Origin: Utricularia gibba
Taxonomy: Eukaryota; Plantae; Magnoliophyta
DNA length: 64,000 nt
NCBI GenBank assembly: GCA_002189035.1
Contig: NEEC01000044.1
Location: forward strand, 4,523 to 68,522
Direction of reading: 5' to 3'
Shown here: positions 36,901-50,800 of the stretch, in pieces
How positions within the stretch are numbered: the first letter of the stretch is position 1
Layout of the letters: each line of letters opens with the position of its first letter
The notes under the pieces: generated by a model
The model's database searches: none
Seen by the model: only the letters and a program-made list of their open reading frames with translations
What the model was told of the DNA's origin: nothing
Program-made: the position numbers and the translations under genes

Positions 36901-39900
36901 GTTGTTTGGAAAAGAATTGGGCATCAAGGAAGACCGTTCAAATAGGCTCACGAAATTTGGAATTGGAGCAGCAGTACGTGTGACTTGTGTTGCTCCACCA
37001 TTATGTGCGTCGATGGGTGTAGCGTGTTTGCGCAGTTTCACAAGGATACAGGGTGGCGAACAGTAGTTTGCAATAAGCATGAAGCGGGGGGTACCGCTTG
37101 TGCACAAAAAGCTATAAAAGCTGTCCTTGTATAATTTCCCATGGGTATGAACCAGGTGCCGGGTTCACACGCAAGCCTTCAGGTGAATCTACGTGACGAT
37201 ATTCATTCCAAGCTCCGTCGGATAGTGCCACCCTCGATAGCCAGCATATCAATGCTATCTTGACAGGCTGCTGACGGGAATCGACAGTCCCCGAGCTCAC
37301 TTTTTGCTACATGGATTTAAAGAAGTTGAGTAGCTTATGTTTGTATGCAGAACACGAGAAGTCCCCATCCGTCGCAGAAAAGGGGCGTGGATAGATGTGA
37401 GTGTTGCCACTCCCTTCTCTATGACCTTAAAATCGTGTATTTGTGTGCTTCTTGCGGTTTGTCTTCAGACCGGAATGTCCTTCTTCGAGGTTCACTTCAT
37501 TGTGGTGCACTCGGGTTGTTCCGCTTGTATTTCCTCACGAGAGGAGATACGTTTGTGTCCTCCTTCACTTCATGGAAAGATGTGGGAGCACGCAGCAGAT
37601 TATGGAGATTTGAAACAGAACACACATCACGAGGCAACCTAACGACGCAGCAACCAGCCCGACCTCGGTCTACCTGGAGCACCATCAATGAGCATGGCGT
37701 TGGAAGTGGCATACTCTACATGCAAAACGTAACCACCACCTCCTCTGACGTATGCTCGGTTCTCCTTGTAGGTGGAGTGGATGGTGGTCCCGATGACGCG
37801 CCTCCTACATGCACCTCGAACCACGCAGGTAATGCAAGCACACGCAACATCATGCGTCTTCACTCCACAGCAGGAGGCTCCATGCATGTTTCTAACAGCA
37901 TCGATCATTCGCTCCCCTTCATTTCGAGCTTCACGAGATGGCTGGAATACCATCGAAACCCTGCATATCTTTCCTGGAGCACCCGCCCAAGTGCGACAAA
38001 GCTCCTATTTTCTTAGGACATCCGCGTCATGGCCATTCTTCGTCTCAACTTGTTTTCCCAGAGTGGGCTCGAAGGCGACGATCCGTTAACATGCAGCAAA
38101 GGAAGCCAACACTCGCCAACAGAAGGTCACGCTTTGCGGAAACCATGCTCTCTAAAAGGCATTGCATAACAATCCGAACGAGCTCACCAGCAGGAACTCA
38201 GGGAACGTGAGTTGGGACATGATGAAAGGGAAGTATGAGGCGAATTCGCATTCCAATGTTATCACTATTTGCGATCCCAAAATTGAATCCAAAAGTTCGT
38301 AGCAGAGAGGCTGCAAAAAACTACAGAAATCGGTTCTCGAAGGCCGTACCAGCATTCCAACATGAGGGGCACACGCAAAGGGATCCTTGGAGCAACAAAC
38401 GGTGGTACGCATACGCGACCAGGGTTGCGCCCAAAGTCATCGATCCTGGATCGCGGCGTTGTGAACGTCGTTTTCACAATCGTGTAGCTGTGTAGAACCA
38501 TTCAAGCTGTAGAATGCAAGGTGCGCCTACATGTCCGGTGGTTCGAAGGAGCGTTCATCCGCATGAGGTTTCTGCGAGTCCAAGGGTTGGAATGCAGTCA
38601 ATTAGCCATGGGAGTAAGAAAAAAAGACGAACAAGTCGAGAAACCCTCCAAAAGGGCGCGGTGTCTAGAACACCTCCTTTGAGAATGGAGGGCGGATGGA
38701 ACTTGCTCCACATGCCGCGAATGGAGATATGCATACGAAAAAACACCAACATCGGGTCACCGACGTCGTTGCCAAGGAACTCTCTACAAGCACCGTGTGA
38801 CGACCTCCTTTGCAGCTATTGGATCCCCCTGCGGAGTGTCTCCGTACCTCGAAAAAACGAGCTTTCTACGGTAGCTCGTTTTCAGGAGCGCATGGCTCTT
38901 GAAACTCAGCACATGGATTCGCAATGATGGCAAGGGAGAGCACGTCCAATGGCGTAGTTACCGCGCCGCAATCGCATTCGAGGAGAAAAGAAGTTGTTTG
39001 GAAAAGAATTGGGCATCAAGGAAGACCGTTCAAATAGGCTCACGAAATTTGGAATTGGAGCAGCAGTACGTGTGACTTGTGTTGCTCCACCATTATGTGC
39101 GTCGATGGGTGTAGCGTGTTTGCGCAGTTTCACAAGGATACAGGGTGGCGAACAGTAGTTTGCAATAAGCATGAAGCGGGGGGTACCGCTTGTGCACAAA
39201 AAGCTATAAAAGCTGTCCTTGTATAATTTCCCATGGGTATGAACCAGGTGCCGGGTTCACACGCAAGCCTTCAGGTGAATCTACGTGACGATATTCATTC
39301 CAAGCTCCGTCGGATAGTGCCACCCTCGATAGCCAGCATATCAATGCTATCTTGACAGGCTGCTGACGGGAATCGACAGTCCCCGAGCTCACTTTTTGCT
39401 ACATGGATTTAAAGAAGTTGAGTAGCTTATGTTTGTATGCAGAACACGAGAAGTCCCCATCCGTCGCAGAAAAGGGGCGTGGATAGATGTGAGTGTTGCC
39501 ACTCCCTTCTCTATGACCTTAAAATCGTGTATTTGTGTGCTTCTTGCGGTTTGTCTTCAGACCGGAATGTCCTTCTTCGAGGTTCACTTCATTGTGGTGC
39601 ACTCGGGTTGTTCCGCTTGTATTTCCTCACGAGAGGAGATACGTTTGTGTCCTCCTTCACTTCATGGAAAGATGTGGGAGCACGCAGCAGATTATGGAGA
39701 TTTGAAACAGAACACACATCACGAGGCAACCTAACGACGCAGCAACCAGCCCGACCTCGGTCTACCTGGAGCACCATCAATGAGCATGGCGTTGGAAGTG
39801 GCATACTCTACATGCAAAACGTAACCACCACCTCCTCTGACGTATGCTCGGTTCTCCTTGTAGGTGGAGTGGATGGTGGTCCCGATGACGCGCCTCCTAC

Positions 39901-42900
39901 ATGCACCTCGAACCACGCAGGTAATGCAAGCACACGCAACATCATGCGTCTTCACTCCACAGCAGGAGGCTCCATGCATGTTTCTAACAGCATCGATCAT
40001 TCGCTCCCCTTCATTTCGAGCTTCACGAGATGGCTGGAATACCATCGAAACCCTGCATATCTTTCCTGGAGCACCCGCCCAAGTGCGACAAAGCTCCTAT
40101 TTTCTTAGGACATCCGCGTCATGGCCATTCTTCGTCTCAACTTGTTTTCCCAGAGTGGGCTCGAAGGCGACGATCCGTTAACATGCAGCAAAGGAAGCCA
40201 ACACTCGCCAACAGAAGGTCACGCTTTGCGGAAACCATGCTCTCTAAAAGGCATTGCATAACAATCCGAACGAGCTCACCAGCAGGAACTCAGGGAACGT
40301 GAGTTGGGACATGATGAAAGGGAAGTATGAGGCGAATTCGCATTCCAATGTTATCACTATTTGCGATCCCAAAATTGAATCCAAAAGTTCGTAGCAGAGA
40401 GGCTGCAAAAAACTACAGAAATCGGTTCTCGAAGGCCGTACCAGCATTCCAACATGAGGGGCACACGCAAAGGGATCCTTGGAGCAACAAACGGTGGTAC
40501 GCATACGCGACCAGGGTTGCGCCCAAAGTCATCGATCCTGGATCGCGGCGTTGTGAACGTCGTTTTCACAATCGTGTAGCTGTGTAGAACCATTCAAGCT
40601 GTAGAATGCAAGGTGCGCCTACATGTCCGGTGGTTCGAAGGAGCGTTCATCCGCATGAGGTTTCTGCGAGTCCAAGGGTTGGAATGCAGTCAATTAGCCA
40701 TGGGAGTAAGAAAAAAAGACGAACAAGTCGAGAAACCCTCCAAAAGGGCGCGGTGTCTAGAACACCTCCTTTGAGAATGGAGGGCGGATGGAACTTGCTC
40801 CACATGCCGCGAATGGAGATATGCATACGAAAAAACACCAACATCGGGTCACCGACGTCGTTGCCAAGGAACTCTCTACAAGCACCGTGTGACGACCTCC
40901 TTTGCAGCTATTGGATCCCCCTGCGGAGTGTCTCCGTACCTCGAAAAAACGAGCTTTCTACGGTAGCTCGTTTTCAGGAGCGCATGGCTCTTGAAACTCA
41001 GCACATGGATTCGCAATGATGGCAAGGGAGAGCACGTCCAATGGCGTAGTTACCGCGCCGCAATCGCATTCGAGGAGAAAAGAAGTTGTTTGGAAAAGAA
41101 TTGGGCATCAAGGAAGACCGTTCAAATAGGCTCACGAAATTTGGAATTGGAGCAGCAGTACGTGTGACTTGTGTTGCTCCACCATTATGTGCGTCGATGG
41201 GTGTAGCGTGTTTGCGCAGTTTCACAAGGATACAGGGTGGCGAACAGTAGTTTGCAATAAGCATGAAGCGGGGGGTACCGCTTGTGCACAAAAAGCTATA
41301 AAAGCTGTCCTTGTATAATTTCCCATGGGTATGAACCAGGTGCCGGGTTCACACGCAAGCCTTCAGGTGAATCTACGTGACGATATTCATTCCAAGCTCC
41401 GTCGGATAGTGCCACCCTCGATAGCCAGCATATCAATGCTATCTTGACAGGCTGCTGACGGGAATCGACAGTCCCCGAGCTCACTTTTTGCTACATGGAT
41501 TTAAAGAAGTTGAGTAGCTTATGTTTGTATGCAGAACACGAGAAGTCCCCATCCGTCGCAGAAAAGGGGCGTGGATAGATGTGAGTGTTGCCACTCCCTT
41601 CTCTATGACCTTAAAATCGTGTATTTGTGTGCTTCTTGCGGTTTGTCTTCAGACCGGAATGTCCTTCTTCGAGGTTCACTTCATTGTGGTGCACTCGGGT
41701 TGTTCCGCTTGTATTTCCTCACGAGAGGAGATACGTTTGTGTCCTCCTTCACTTCATGGAAAGATGTGGGAGCACGCAGCAGATTATGGAGATTTGAAAC
41801 AGAACACACATCACGAGGCAACCTAACGACGCAGCAACCAGCCCGACCTCGGTCTACCTGGAGCACCATCAATGAGCATGGCGTTGGAAGTGGCATACTC
41901 TACATGCAAAACGTAACCACCACCTCCTCTGACGTATGCTCGGTTCTCCTTGTAGGTGGAGTGGATGGTGGTCCCGATGACGCGCCTCCTACATGCACCT
42001 CGAACCACGCAGGTAATGCAAGCACACGCAACATCATGCGTCTTCACTCCACAGCAGGAGGCTCCATGCATGTTTCTAACAGCATCGATCATTCGCTCCC
42101 CTTCATTTCGAGCTTCACGAGATGGCTGGAATACCATCGAAACCCTGCATATCTTTCCTGGAGCACCCGCCCAAGTGCGACAAAGCTCCTATTTTCTTAG
42201 GACATCCGCGTCATGGCCATTCTTCGTCTCAACTTGTTTTCCCAGAGTGGGCTCGAAGGCGACGATCCGTTAACATGCAGCAAAGGAAGCCAACACTCGC
42301 CAACAGAAGGTCACGCTTTGCGGAAACCATGCTCTCTAAAAGGCATTGCATAACAATCCGAACGAGCTCACCAGCAGGAACTCAGGGAACGTGAGTTGGG
42401 ACATGATGAAAGGGAAGTATGAGGCGAATTCGCATTCCAATGTTATCACTATTTGCGATCCCAAAATTGAATCCAAAAGTTCGTAGCAGAGAGGCTGCAA
42501 AAAACTACAGAAATCGGTTCTCGAAGGCCGTACCAGCATTCCAACATGAGGGGCACACGCAAAGGGATCCTTGGAGCAACAAACGGTGGTACGCATACGC
42601 GACCAGGGTTGCGCCCAAAGTCATCGATCCTGGATCGCGGCGTTGTGAACGTCGTTTTCACAATCGTGTAGCTGTGTAGAACCATTCAAGCTGTAGAATG
42701 CAAGGTGCGCCTACATGTCCGGTGGTTCGAAGGAGCGTTCATCCGCATGAGGTTTCTGCGAGTCCAAGGGTTGGAATGCAGTCAATTAGCCATGGGAGTA
42801 AGAAAAAAAGACGAACAAGTCGAGAAACCCTCCAAAAGGGCGCGGTGTCTAGAACACCTCCTTTGAGAATGGAGGGCGGATGGAACTTGCTCCACATGCC

Positions 42901-45875
42901 GCGAATGGAGATATGCATACGAAAAAACACCAACATCGGGTCACCGACGTCGTTGCCAAGGAACTCTCTACAAGCACCGTGTGACGACCTCCTTTGCAGC
43001 TATTGGATCCCCCTGCGGAGTGTCTCCGTACCTCGAAAAAACGAGCTTTCTACGGTAGCTCGTTTTCAGGAGCGCATGGCTCTTGAAACTCAGCACATGG
43101 ATTCGCAATGATGGCAAGGGAGAGCACGTCCAATGGCGTAGTTACCGCGCCGCAATCGCATTCGAGGAGAAAAGAAGTTGTTTGGAAAAGAATTGGGCAT
43201 CAAGGAAGACCGTTCAAATAGGCTCACGAAATTTGGAATTGGAGCAGCAGTACGTGTGACTTGTGTTGCTCCACCATTATGTGCGTCGATGGGTGTAGCG
43301 TGTTTGCGCAGTTTCACAAGGATACAGGGTGGCGAACAGTAGTTTGCAATAAGCATGAAGCGGGGGGTACCGCTTGTGCACAAAAAGCTATAAAAGCTGT
43401 CCTTGTATAATTTCCCATGGGTATGAACCAGGTGCCGGGTTCACACGCAAGCCTTCAGGTGAATCTACGTGACGATATTCATTCCAAGCTCCGTCGGATA
43501 GTGCCACCCTCGATAGCCAGCATATCAATGCTATCTTGACAGGCTGCTGACGGGAATCGACAGTCCCCGAGCTCACTTTTTGCTACATGGATTTAAAGAA
43601 GTTGAGTAGCTTATGTTTGTATGCAGAACACGAGAAGTCCCCATCCGTCGCAGAAAAGGGGCGTGGATAGATGTGAGTGTTGCCACTCCCTTCTCTATGA
43701 CCTTAAAATCGTGTATTTGTGTGCTTCTTGCGGTTTGTCTTCAGACCGGAATGTCCTTCTTCGAGGTTCACTTCATTGTGGTGCACTCGGGTTGTTCCGC
43801 TTGTATTTCCTCACGAGAGGAGATACGTTTGTGTCCTCCTTCACTTCATGGAAAGATGTGGGAGCACGCAGCAGATTATGGAGATTTGAAACAGAACACA
43901 CATCACGAGGCAACCTAACGACGCAGCAACCAGCCCGACCTCGGTCTACCTGGAGCACCATCAATGAGCATGGCGTTGGAAGTGGCATACTCTACATGCA
44001 AAACGTAACCACCACCTCCTCTGACGTATGCTCGGTTCTCCTTGTAGGTGGAGTGGATGGTGGTCCCGATGACGCGCCTCCTACATGCACCTCGAACCAC
44101 GCAGGTAATGCAAGCACACGCAACATCATGCGTCTTCACTCCACAGCAGGAGGCTCCATGCATGTTTCTAACAGCATCGATCATTCGCTCCCCTTCATTT
44201 CGAGCTTCACGAGATGGCTGGAATACCATCGAAACCCTGCATATCTTTCCTGGAGCACCCGCCCAAGTGCGACAAAGCTCCTATTTTCTTAGGACATCCG
44301 CGTCATGGCCATTCTTCGTCTCAACTTGTTTTCCCAGAGTGGGCTCGAAGGCGACGATCCGTTAACATGCAGCAAAGGAAGCCAACACTCGCCAACAGAA
44401 GGTCACGCTTTGCGGAAACCATGCTCTCTAAAAGGCATTGCATAACAATCCGAACGAGCTCACCAGCAGGAACTCAGGGAACGTGAGTTGGGACATGATG
44501 AAAGGGAAGTATGAGGCGAATTCGCATTCCAATGTTATCACTATTTGCGATCCCAAAATTGAATCCAAAAGTTCGTAGCAGAGAGGCTGCAAAAAACTAC
44601 AGAAATCGGTTCTCGAAGGCCGTACCAGCATTCCAACATGAGGGGCACACGCAAAGGGATCCTTGGAGCAACAAACGGTGGTACGCATACGCGACCAGGG
44701 TTGCGCCCAAAGTCATCGATCCTGGATCGCGGCGTTGTGAACGTCGTTTTCACAATCGTGTAGCTGTGTAGAACCATTCAAGCTGTAGAATGCAAGGTGC
44801 GCCTACATGTCCGGTGGTTCGAAGGAGCGTTCATCCGCATGAGGTTTCTGCGAGTCCAAGGGTTGGAATGCAGTCAATTAGCCATGGGAGTAAGAAAAAA
44901 AGACGAACAAGTCGAGAAACCCTCCAAAAGGGCGCGGTGTCTAGAACACCTCCTTTGAGAATGGAGGGCGGATGGAACTTGCTCCACATGCCGCGAATGG
45001 AGATATGCATACGAAAAAACACCAACATCGGGTCACCGACGTCGTTGCCAAGGAACTCTCTACAAGCACCGTGTGACGACCTCCTTTGCAGCTATTGGAT
45101 CCCCCTGCGGAGTGTCTCCGTACCTCGAAAAAACGAGCTTTCTACGGTAGCTCGTTTTCAGGAGCGCATGGCTCTTGAAACTCAGCACATGGATTCGCAA
45201 TGATGGCAAGGGAGAGCACGTCCAATGGCGTAGTTACCGCGCCGCAATCGCATTCGAGGAGAAAAGAAGTTGTTTGGAAAAGAATTGGGCATCAAGGAAG
45301 ACCGTTCAAATAGGCTCACGAAATTTGGAATTGGAGCAGCAGTACGTGTGACTTGTGTTGCTCCACCATTATGTGCGTCGATGGGTGTAGCGTGTTTGCG
45401 CAGTTTCACAAGGATACAGGGTGGCGAACAGTAGTTTGCAATAAGCATGAAGCGGGGGGTACCGCTTGTGCACAAAAAGCTATAAAAGCTGTCCTTGTAT
45501 AATTTCCCATGGGTATGAACCAGGTGCCGGGTTCACACGCAAGCCTTCAGGTGAATCTACGTGACGATATTCATTCCAAGCTCCGTCGGATAGTGCCACC
45601 CTCGATAGCCAGCATATCAATGCTATCTTGACAGGCTGCTGACGGGAATCGACAGTCCCCGAGCTCACTTTTTGCTACATGGATTTAAAGAAGTTGAGTA
45701 GCTTATGTTTGTATGCAGAACACGAGAAGTCCCCATCCGTCGCAGAAAAGGGGCGTGGATAGATGTGAGTGTTGCCACTCCCTTCTCTATGACCTTAAAA
45801 TCGTGTATTTGTGTGCTTCTTGCGGTTTGTCTTCAGACCGGAATGTCCTTCTTCGAGGTTCACTTCATTGTGGTG

Positions 45876-47890
45876 CACTCGGGTTGTTCCGCTTGTATTT
45901 CCTCACGAGAGGAGATACGTTTGTGTCCTCCTTCACTTCATGGAAAGATGTGGGAGCACGCAGCAGATTATGGAGATTTGAAACAGAACACACATCACGA
46001 GGCAACCTAACGACGCAGCAACCAGCCCGACCTCGGTCTACCTGGAGCACCATCAATGAGCATGGCGTTGGAAGTGGCATACTCTACATGCAAAACGTAA
46101 CCACCACCTCCTCTGACGTATGCTCGGTTCTCCTTGTAGGTGGAGTGGATGGTGGTCCCGATGACGCGCCTCCTACATGCACCTCGAACCACGCAGGTAA
46201 TGCAAGCACACGCAACATCATGCGTCTTCACTCCACAGCAGGAGGCTCCATGCATGTTTCTAACAGCATCGATCATTCGCTCCCCTTCATTTCGAGCTTC
46301 ACGAGATGGCTGGAATACCATCGAAACCCTGCATATCTTTCCTGGAGCACCCGCCCAAGTGCGACAAAGCTCCTATTTTCTTAGGACATCCGCGTCATGG
46401 CCATTCTTCGTCTCAACTTGTTTTCCCAGAGTGGGCTCGAAGGCGACGATCCGTTAACATGCAGCAAAGGAAGCCAACACTCGCCAACAGAAGGTCACGC
46501 TTTGCGGAAACCATGCTCTCTAAAAGGCATTGCATAACAATCCGAACGAGCTCACCAGCAGGAACTCAGGGAACGTGAGTTGGGACATGATGAAAGGGAA
46601 GTATGAGGCGAATTCGCATTCCAATGTTATCACTATTTGCGATCCTACAGAAATCGGTTCTCGAAGGCCGTACCAGCATTCCAACATGAGGGGCACACGC
46701 AAAGGGATCCTTGGAGCAACAAACGGTGGTACGCATACGCGACCAGGGTTGCGCCCAAAGTCATCGATCCTGGATCGCGGCGTTGTGAACGTCGTTTTCA
46801 CAATCGTGTAGCTGTGTAGAACCATTCAAGCTGTAGAATGCAAGGTGCGCCTACATGTCCGGTGGTTCGAAGGAGCGTTCATCCGCATGAGGTTTCTGCG
46901 AGTCCAAGGGTTGGAATGCAGTCAATTAGCCATGGGAGTAAGAAAAAAAGACGAACAAGTCGAGAAACCCTCCAAAAGGGCGCGGTGTCTAGAACACCTC
47001 CTTTGAGAATGGAGGGCGGATGGAACTTGCTCCACATGCCGCGAATGGAGATATGCATACGAAAAAACACCAACATCGGGTCACCGACGTCGTTGCCAAG
47101 GAACTCTCTACAAGCACCGTGTGACGACCTCCTTTGCAGCTATTGGATCCCCCTGCGGAGTGTCTCCGTACCTCGAAAAAACGAGCTTTCTACGGTAGCT
47201 CGTTTTCAGGAGCGCATGGCTCTTGAAACTCAGCACATGGATTCGCAATGATGGCAAGGGAGAGCACGTCCAATGGCGTAGTTACCGCGCCGCAATCGCA
47301 TTCGAGGAGAAAAGAAGTTGTTTGGAAAAGAATTGGGCATCAAGGAAGACCGTTCAAATAGGCTCACGAAATTTGGAATTGGAGCAGCAGTACGTGTGAC
47401 TTGTGTTGCTCCACCATTATGTGCGTCGATGGGTGTAGCGTGTTTGCGCAGTTTCACAAGGATACAGGGTGGCGAACAGTAGTTTGCAATAAGCATGAAG
47501 CGGGGGGTACCGCTTGTGCACAAAAAGCTATAAAAGCTGTCCTTGTATAATTTCCCATGATGAACCAGGTGCCGGGTTCACACGCAAGCCTTCAGGTGAA
47601 TCTACGTGACGATATTCATTCCAAGCTCCGTCGGATAGTGCCACCCTCGATAGCCAGCATATCAATGCTATCTTGACAGGCTGCTGACGGGAATCGACAG
47701 TCCCCGAGCTCACTTTTTGCTACATGGATTTAAAGAAGTTGAGTAGCTTATGTTTGTATGCAGAACACGAGAAGTCCCCATCCGTCGCACCACTCCCTTC
47801 TCTATGACCTTAAAATCGTGTATTTGTGTGCTTCTTGCGGTTTGTCTTCAGACCGGAATGTCCTTCTTCGAGGTTCACTTCATTGTGGTG
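45876..47890. repeat. Degenerate copy 23 (net -77 bp)
   Basis: A 44-nt deletion after 46645, a 3-nt deletion (GGT) after 47559 and a 30-nt deletion after 47789. The offsets match the ORF track. Confidence 0.95.
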
Positions 47891-50800
47891 CACTCGGGTT
47901 GTTCCGCTTGTATTTCCTCACGAGAGGAGATACGTTTGTGTCCTCCTTCACTTCATGGAAAGATGTGGGAGCACGCAGCAGATTATGGAGATTTGAAACA
48001 GAACACACATCACGAGGCAACCTAACGACGCAGCAACCAGCCCGACCTCGGTCTACCTGGAGCACCATCAATGAGCATGGCGTTGGAAGTGGCATACTCT
48101 ACATGCAAAACGTAACCACCACCTCCTCTGACGTATGCTCGGTTCTCCTTGTAGGTGGAGTGGATGGTGGTCCCGATGACGCGCCTCCTACATGCACCTC
48201 GAACCACGCAGGTAATGCAAGCACACGCAACATCATGCGTCTTCACTCCACAGCAGGAGGCTCCATGCATGTTTCTAACAGCATCGATCATTCGCTCCCC
48301 TTCATTTCGAGCTTCACGAGATGGCTGGAATACCATCGAAACCCTGCATATCTTTCCTGGAGCACCCGCCCAAGTGCGACAAAGCTCCTATTTTCTTAGG
48401 ACATCCGCGTCATGGCCATTCTTCGTCTCAACTTGTTTTCCCAGAGTGGGCTCGAAGGCGACGATCCGTTAACATGCAGCAAAGGAAGCCAACACTCGCC
48501 AACAGAAGGTCACGCTTTGCGGAAACCATGCTCTCTAAAAGGCATTGCATAACAATCCGAACGAGCTCACCAGCAGGAACTCAGGGAACGTGAGTTGGGA
48601 CATGATGAAAGGGAAGTATGAGGCGAATTCGCATTCCAATGTTATCACTATTTGCGATCCCAAAATTGAATCCAAAAGTTCGTAGCAGAGAGGCTGCAAA
48701 AAACTACAGAAATCGGTTCTCGAAGGCCGTACCAGCATTCCAACATGAGGGGCACACGCAAAGGGATCCTTGGAGCAACAAACGGTGGTACGCATACGCG
48801 ACCAGGGTTGCGCCCAAAGTCATCGATCCTGGATCGCGGCGTTGTGAACGTCGTTTTCACAATCGTGTAGCTGTGTAGAACCATTCAAGCTGTAGAATGC
48901 AAGGTGCGCCTACATGTCCGGTGGTTCGAAGGAGCGTTCATCCGCATGAGGTTTCTGCGAGTCCAAGGGTTGGAATGCAGTCAATTAGCCATGGGAGTAA
49001 GAAAAAAAGACGAACAAGTCGAGAAACCCTCCAAAAGGGCGCGGTGTCTAGAACACCTCCTTTGAGAATGGAGGGCGGATGGAACTTGCTCCACATGCCG
49101 CGAATGGAGATATGCATACGAAAAAACACCAACATCGGGTCACCGACGTCGTTGCCAAGGAACTCTCTACAAGCACCGTGTGACGACCTCCTTTGCAGCT
49201 ATTGGATCCCCCTGCGGAGTGTCTCCGTACCTCGAAAAAACGAGCTTTCTACGGTAGCTCGTTTTCAGGAGCGCATGGCTCTTGAAACTCAGCACATGGA
49301 TTCGCAATGATGGCAAGGGAGAGCACGTCCAATGGCGTAGTTACCGCGCCGCAATCGCATTCGAGGAGAAAAGAAGTTGTTTGGAAAAGAATTGGGCATC
49401 AAGGAAGACCGTTCAAATAGGCTCACGAAATTTGGAATTGGAGCAGCAGTACGTGTGACTTGTGTTGCTCCACCATTATGTGCGTCGATGGGTGTAGCGT
49501 GTTTGCGCAGTTTCACAAGGATACAGGGTGGCGAACAGTAGTTTGCAATAAGCATGAAGCGGGGGTACCGCTTGTGCACAAAAAGCTATAAAAGCTGTCC
49601 TTGTATAATTTCCCATGGGTATGAACCAGGTGCCGGGTTCACACGCAAGCCTTCAGGTGAATCTACGTGACGATATTCATTCCAAGCTCCGTCGGATAGT
49701 GCCACCCTCGATAGCCAGCATATCAATGCTATCTTGACAGGCTGCTGACGGGAATCGACAGTCCCCGAGCTCACTTTTTGCTACATGGATTTAAAGAAGT
49801 TGAGTAGCTTATGTTTGTATGCAGAACACGAGAAGTCCCCATCCGTCGCAGAAAAGGGGCGTGGATAGATGTGAGTGTTGCCACTCCCTTCTCTATGACC
49901 TTAAAATCGTGTATTTGTGTGCTTCTTGCGGTTTGTCTTCAGACCGGAATGTCCTTCTTCGAGGTTCACTTCATTGTGGTGCACTCGGGTTGTTCCGCTT
50001 GTATTTCCTCACGAGAGGAGATACGTTTGTGTCCTCCTTCACTTCATGGAAAGATGTGGGAGCACGCAGCAGATTATGGAGATTTGAAACAGAACACACA
50101 TCACGAGGCAACCTAACGACGCAGCAACCAGCCCGACCTCGGTCTACCTGGAGCACCATCAATGAGCATGGCGTTGGAAGTGGCATACTCTACATGCAAA
50201 ACGTAACCACCACCTCCTCTGACGTATGCTCGGTTCTCCTTGTAGGTGGAGTGGATGGTGGTCCCGATGACGCGCCTCCTACATGCACCTCGAACCACGC
50301 AGGTAATGCAAGCACACGCAACATCATGCGTCTTCACTCCACAGCAGGAGGCTCCATGCATGTTTCTAACAGCATCGATCATTCGCTCCCCTTCATTTCG
50401 AGCTTCACGAGATGGCTGGAATACCATCGAAACCCTGCATATCTTTCCTGGAGCACCCGCCCAAGTGCGACAAAGCTCCTATTTTCTTAGGACATCCGCG
50501 TCATGGCCATTCTTCGTCTCAACTTGTTTTCCCAGAGTGGGCTCGAAGGCGACGATCCGTTAACATGCAGCAAAGGAAGCCAACACTCGCCAACAGAAGG
50601 TCACGCTTTGCGGAAACCATGCTCTCTAAAAGGCATTGCATAACAATCCGAACGAGCTCACCAGCAGGAACTCAGGGAACGTGAGTTGGGACATGATGAA
50701 AGGGAAGTATGAGGCGAATTCGCATTCCAATGTTATCACTATTTGCGATCCCAAAATTGAATCCAAAAGTTCGTAGCAGAGAGGCTGCAAAAAACTACAG

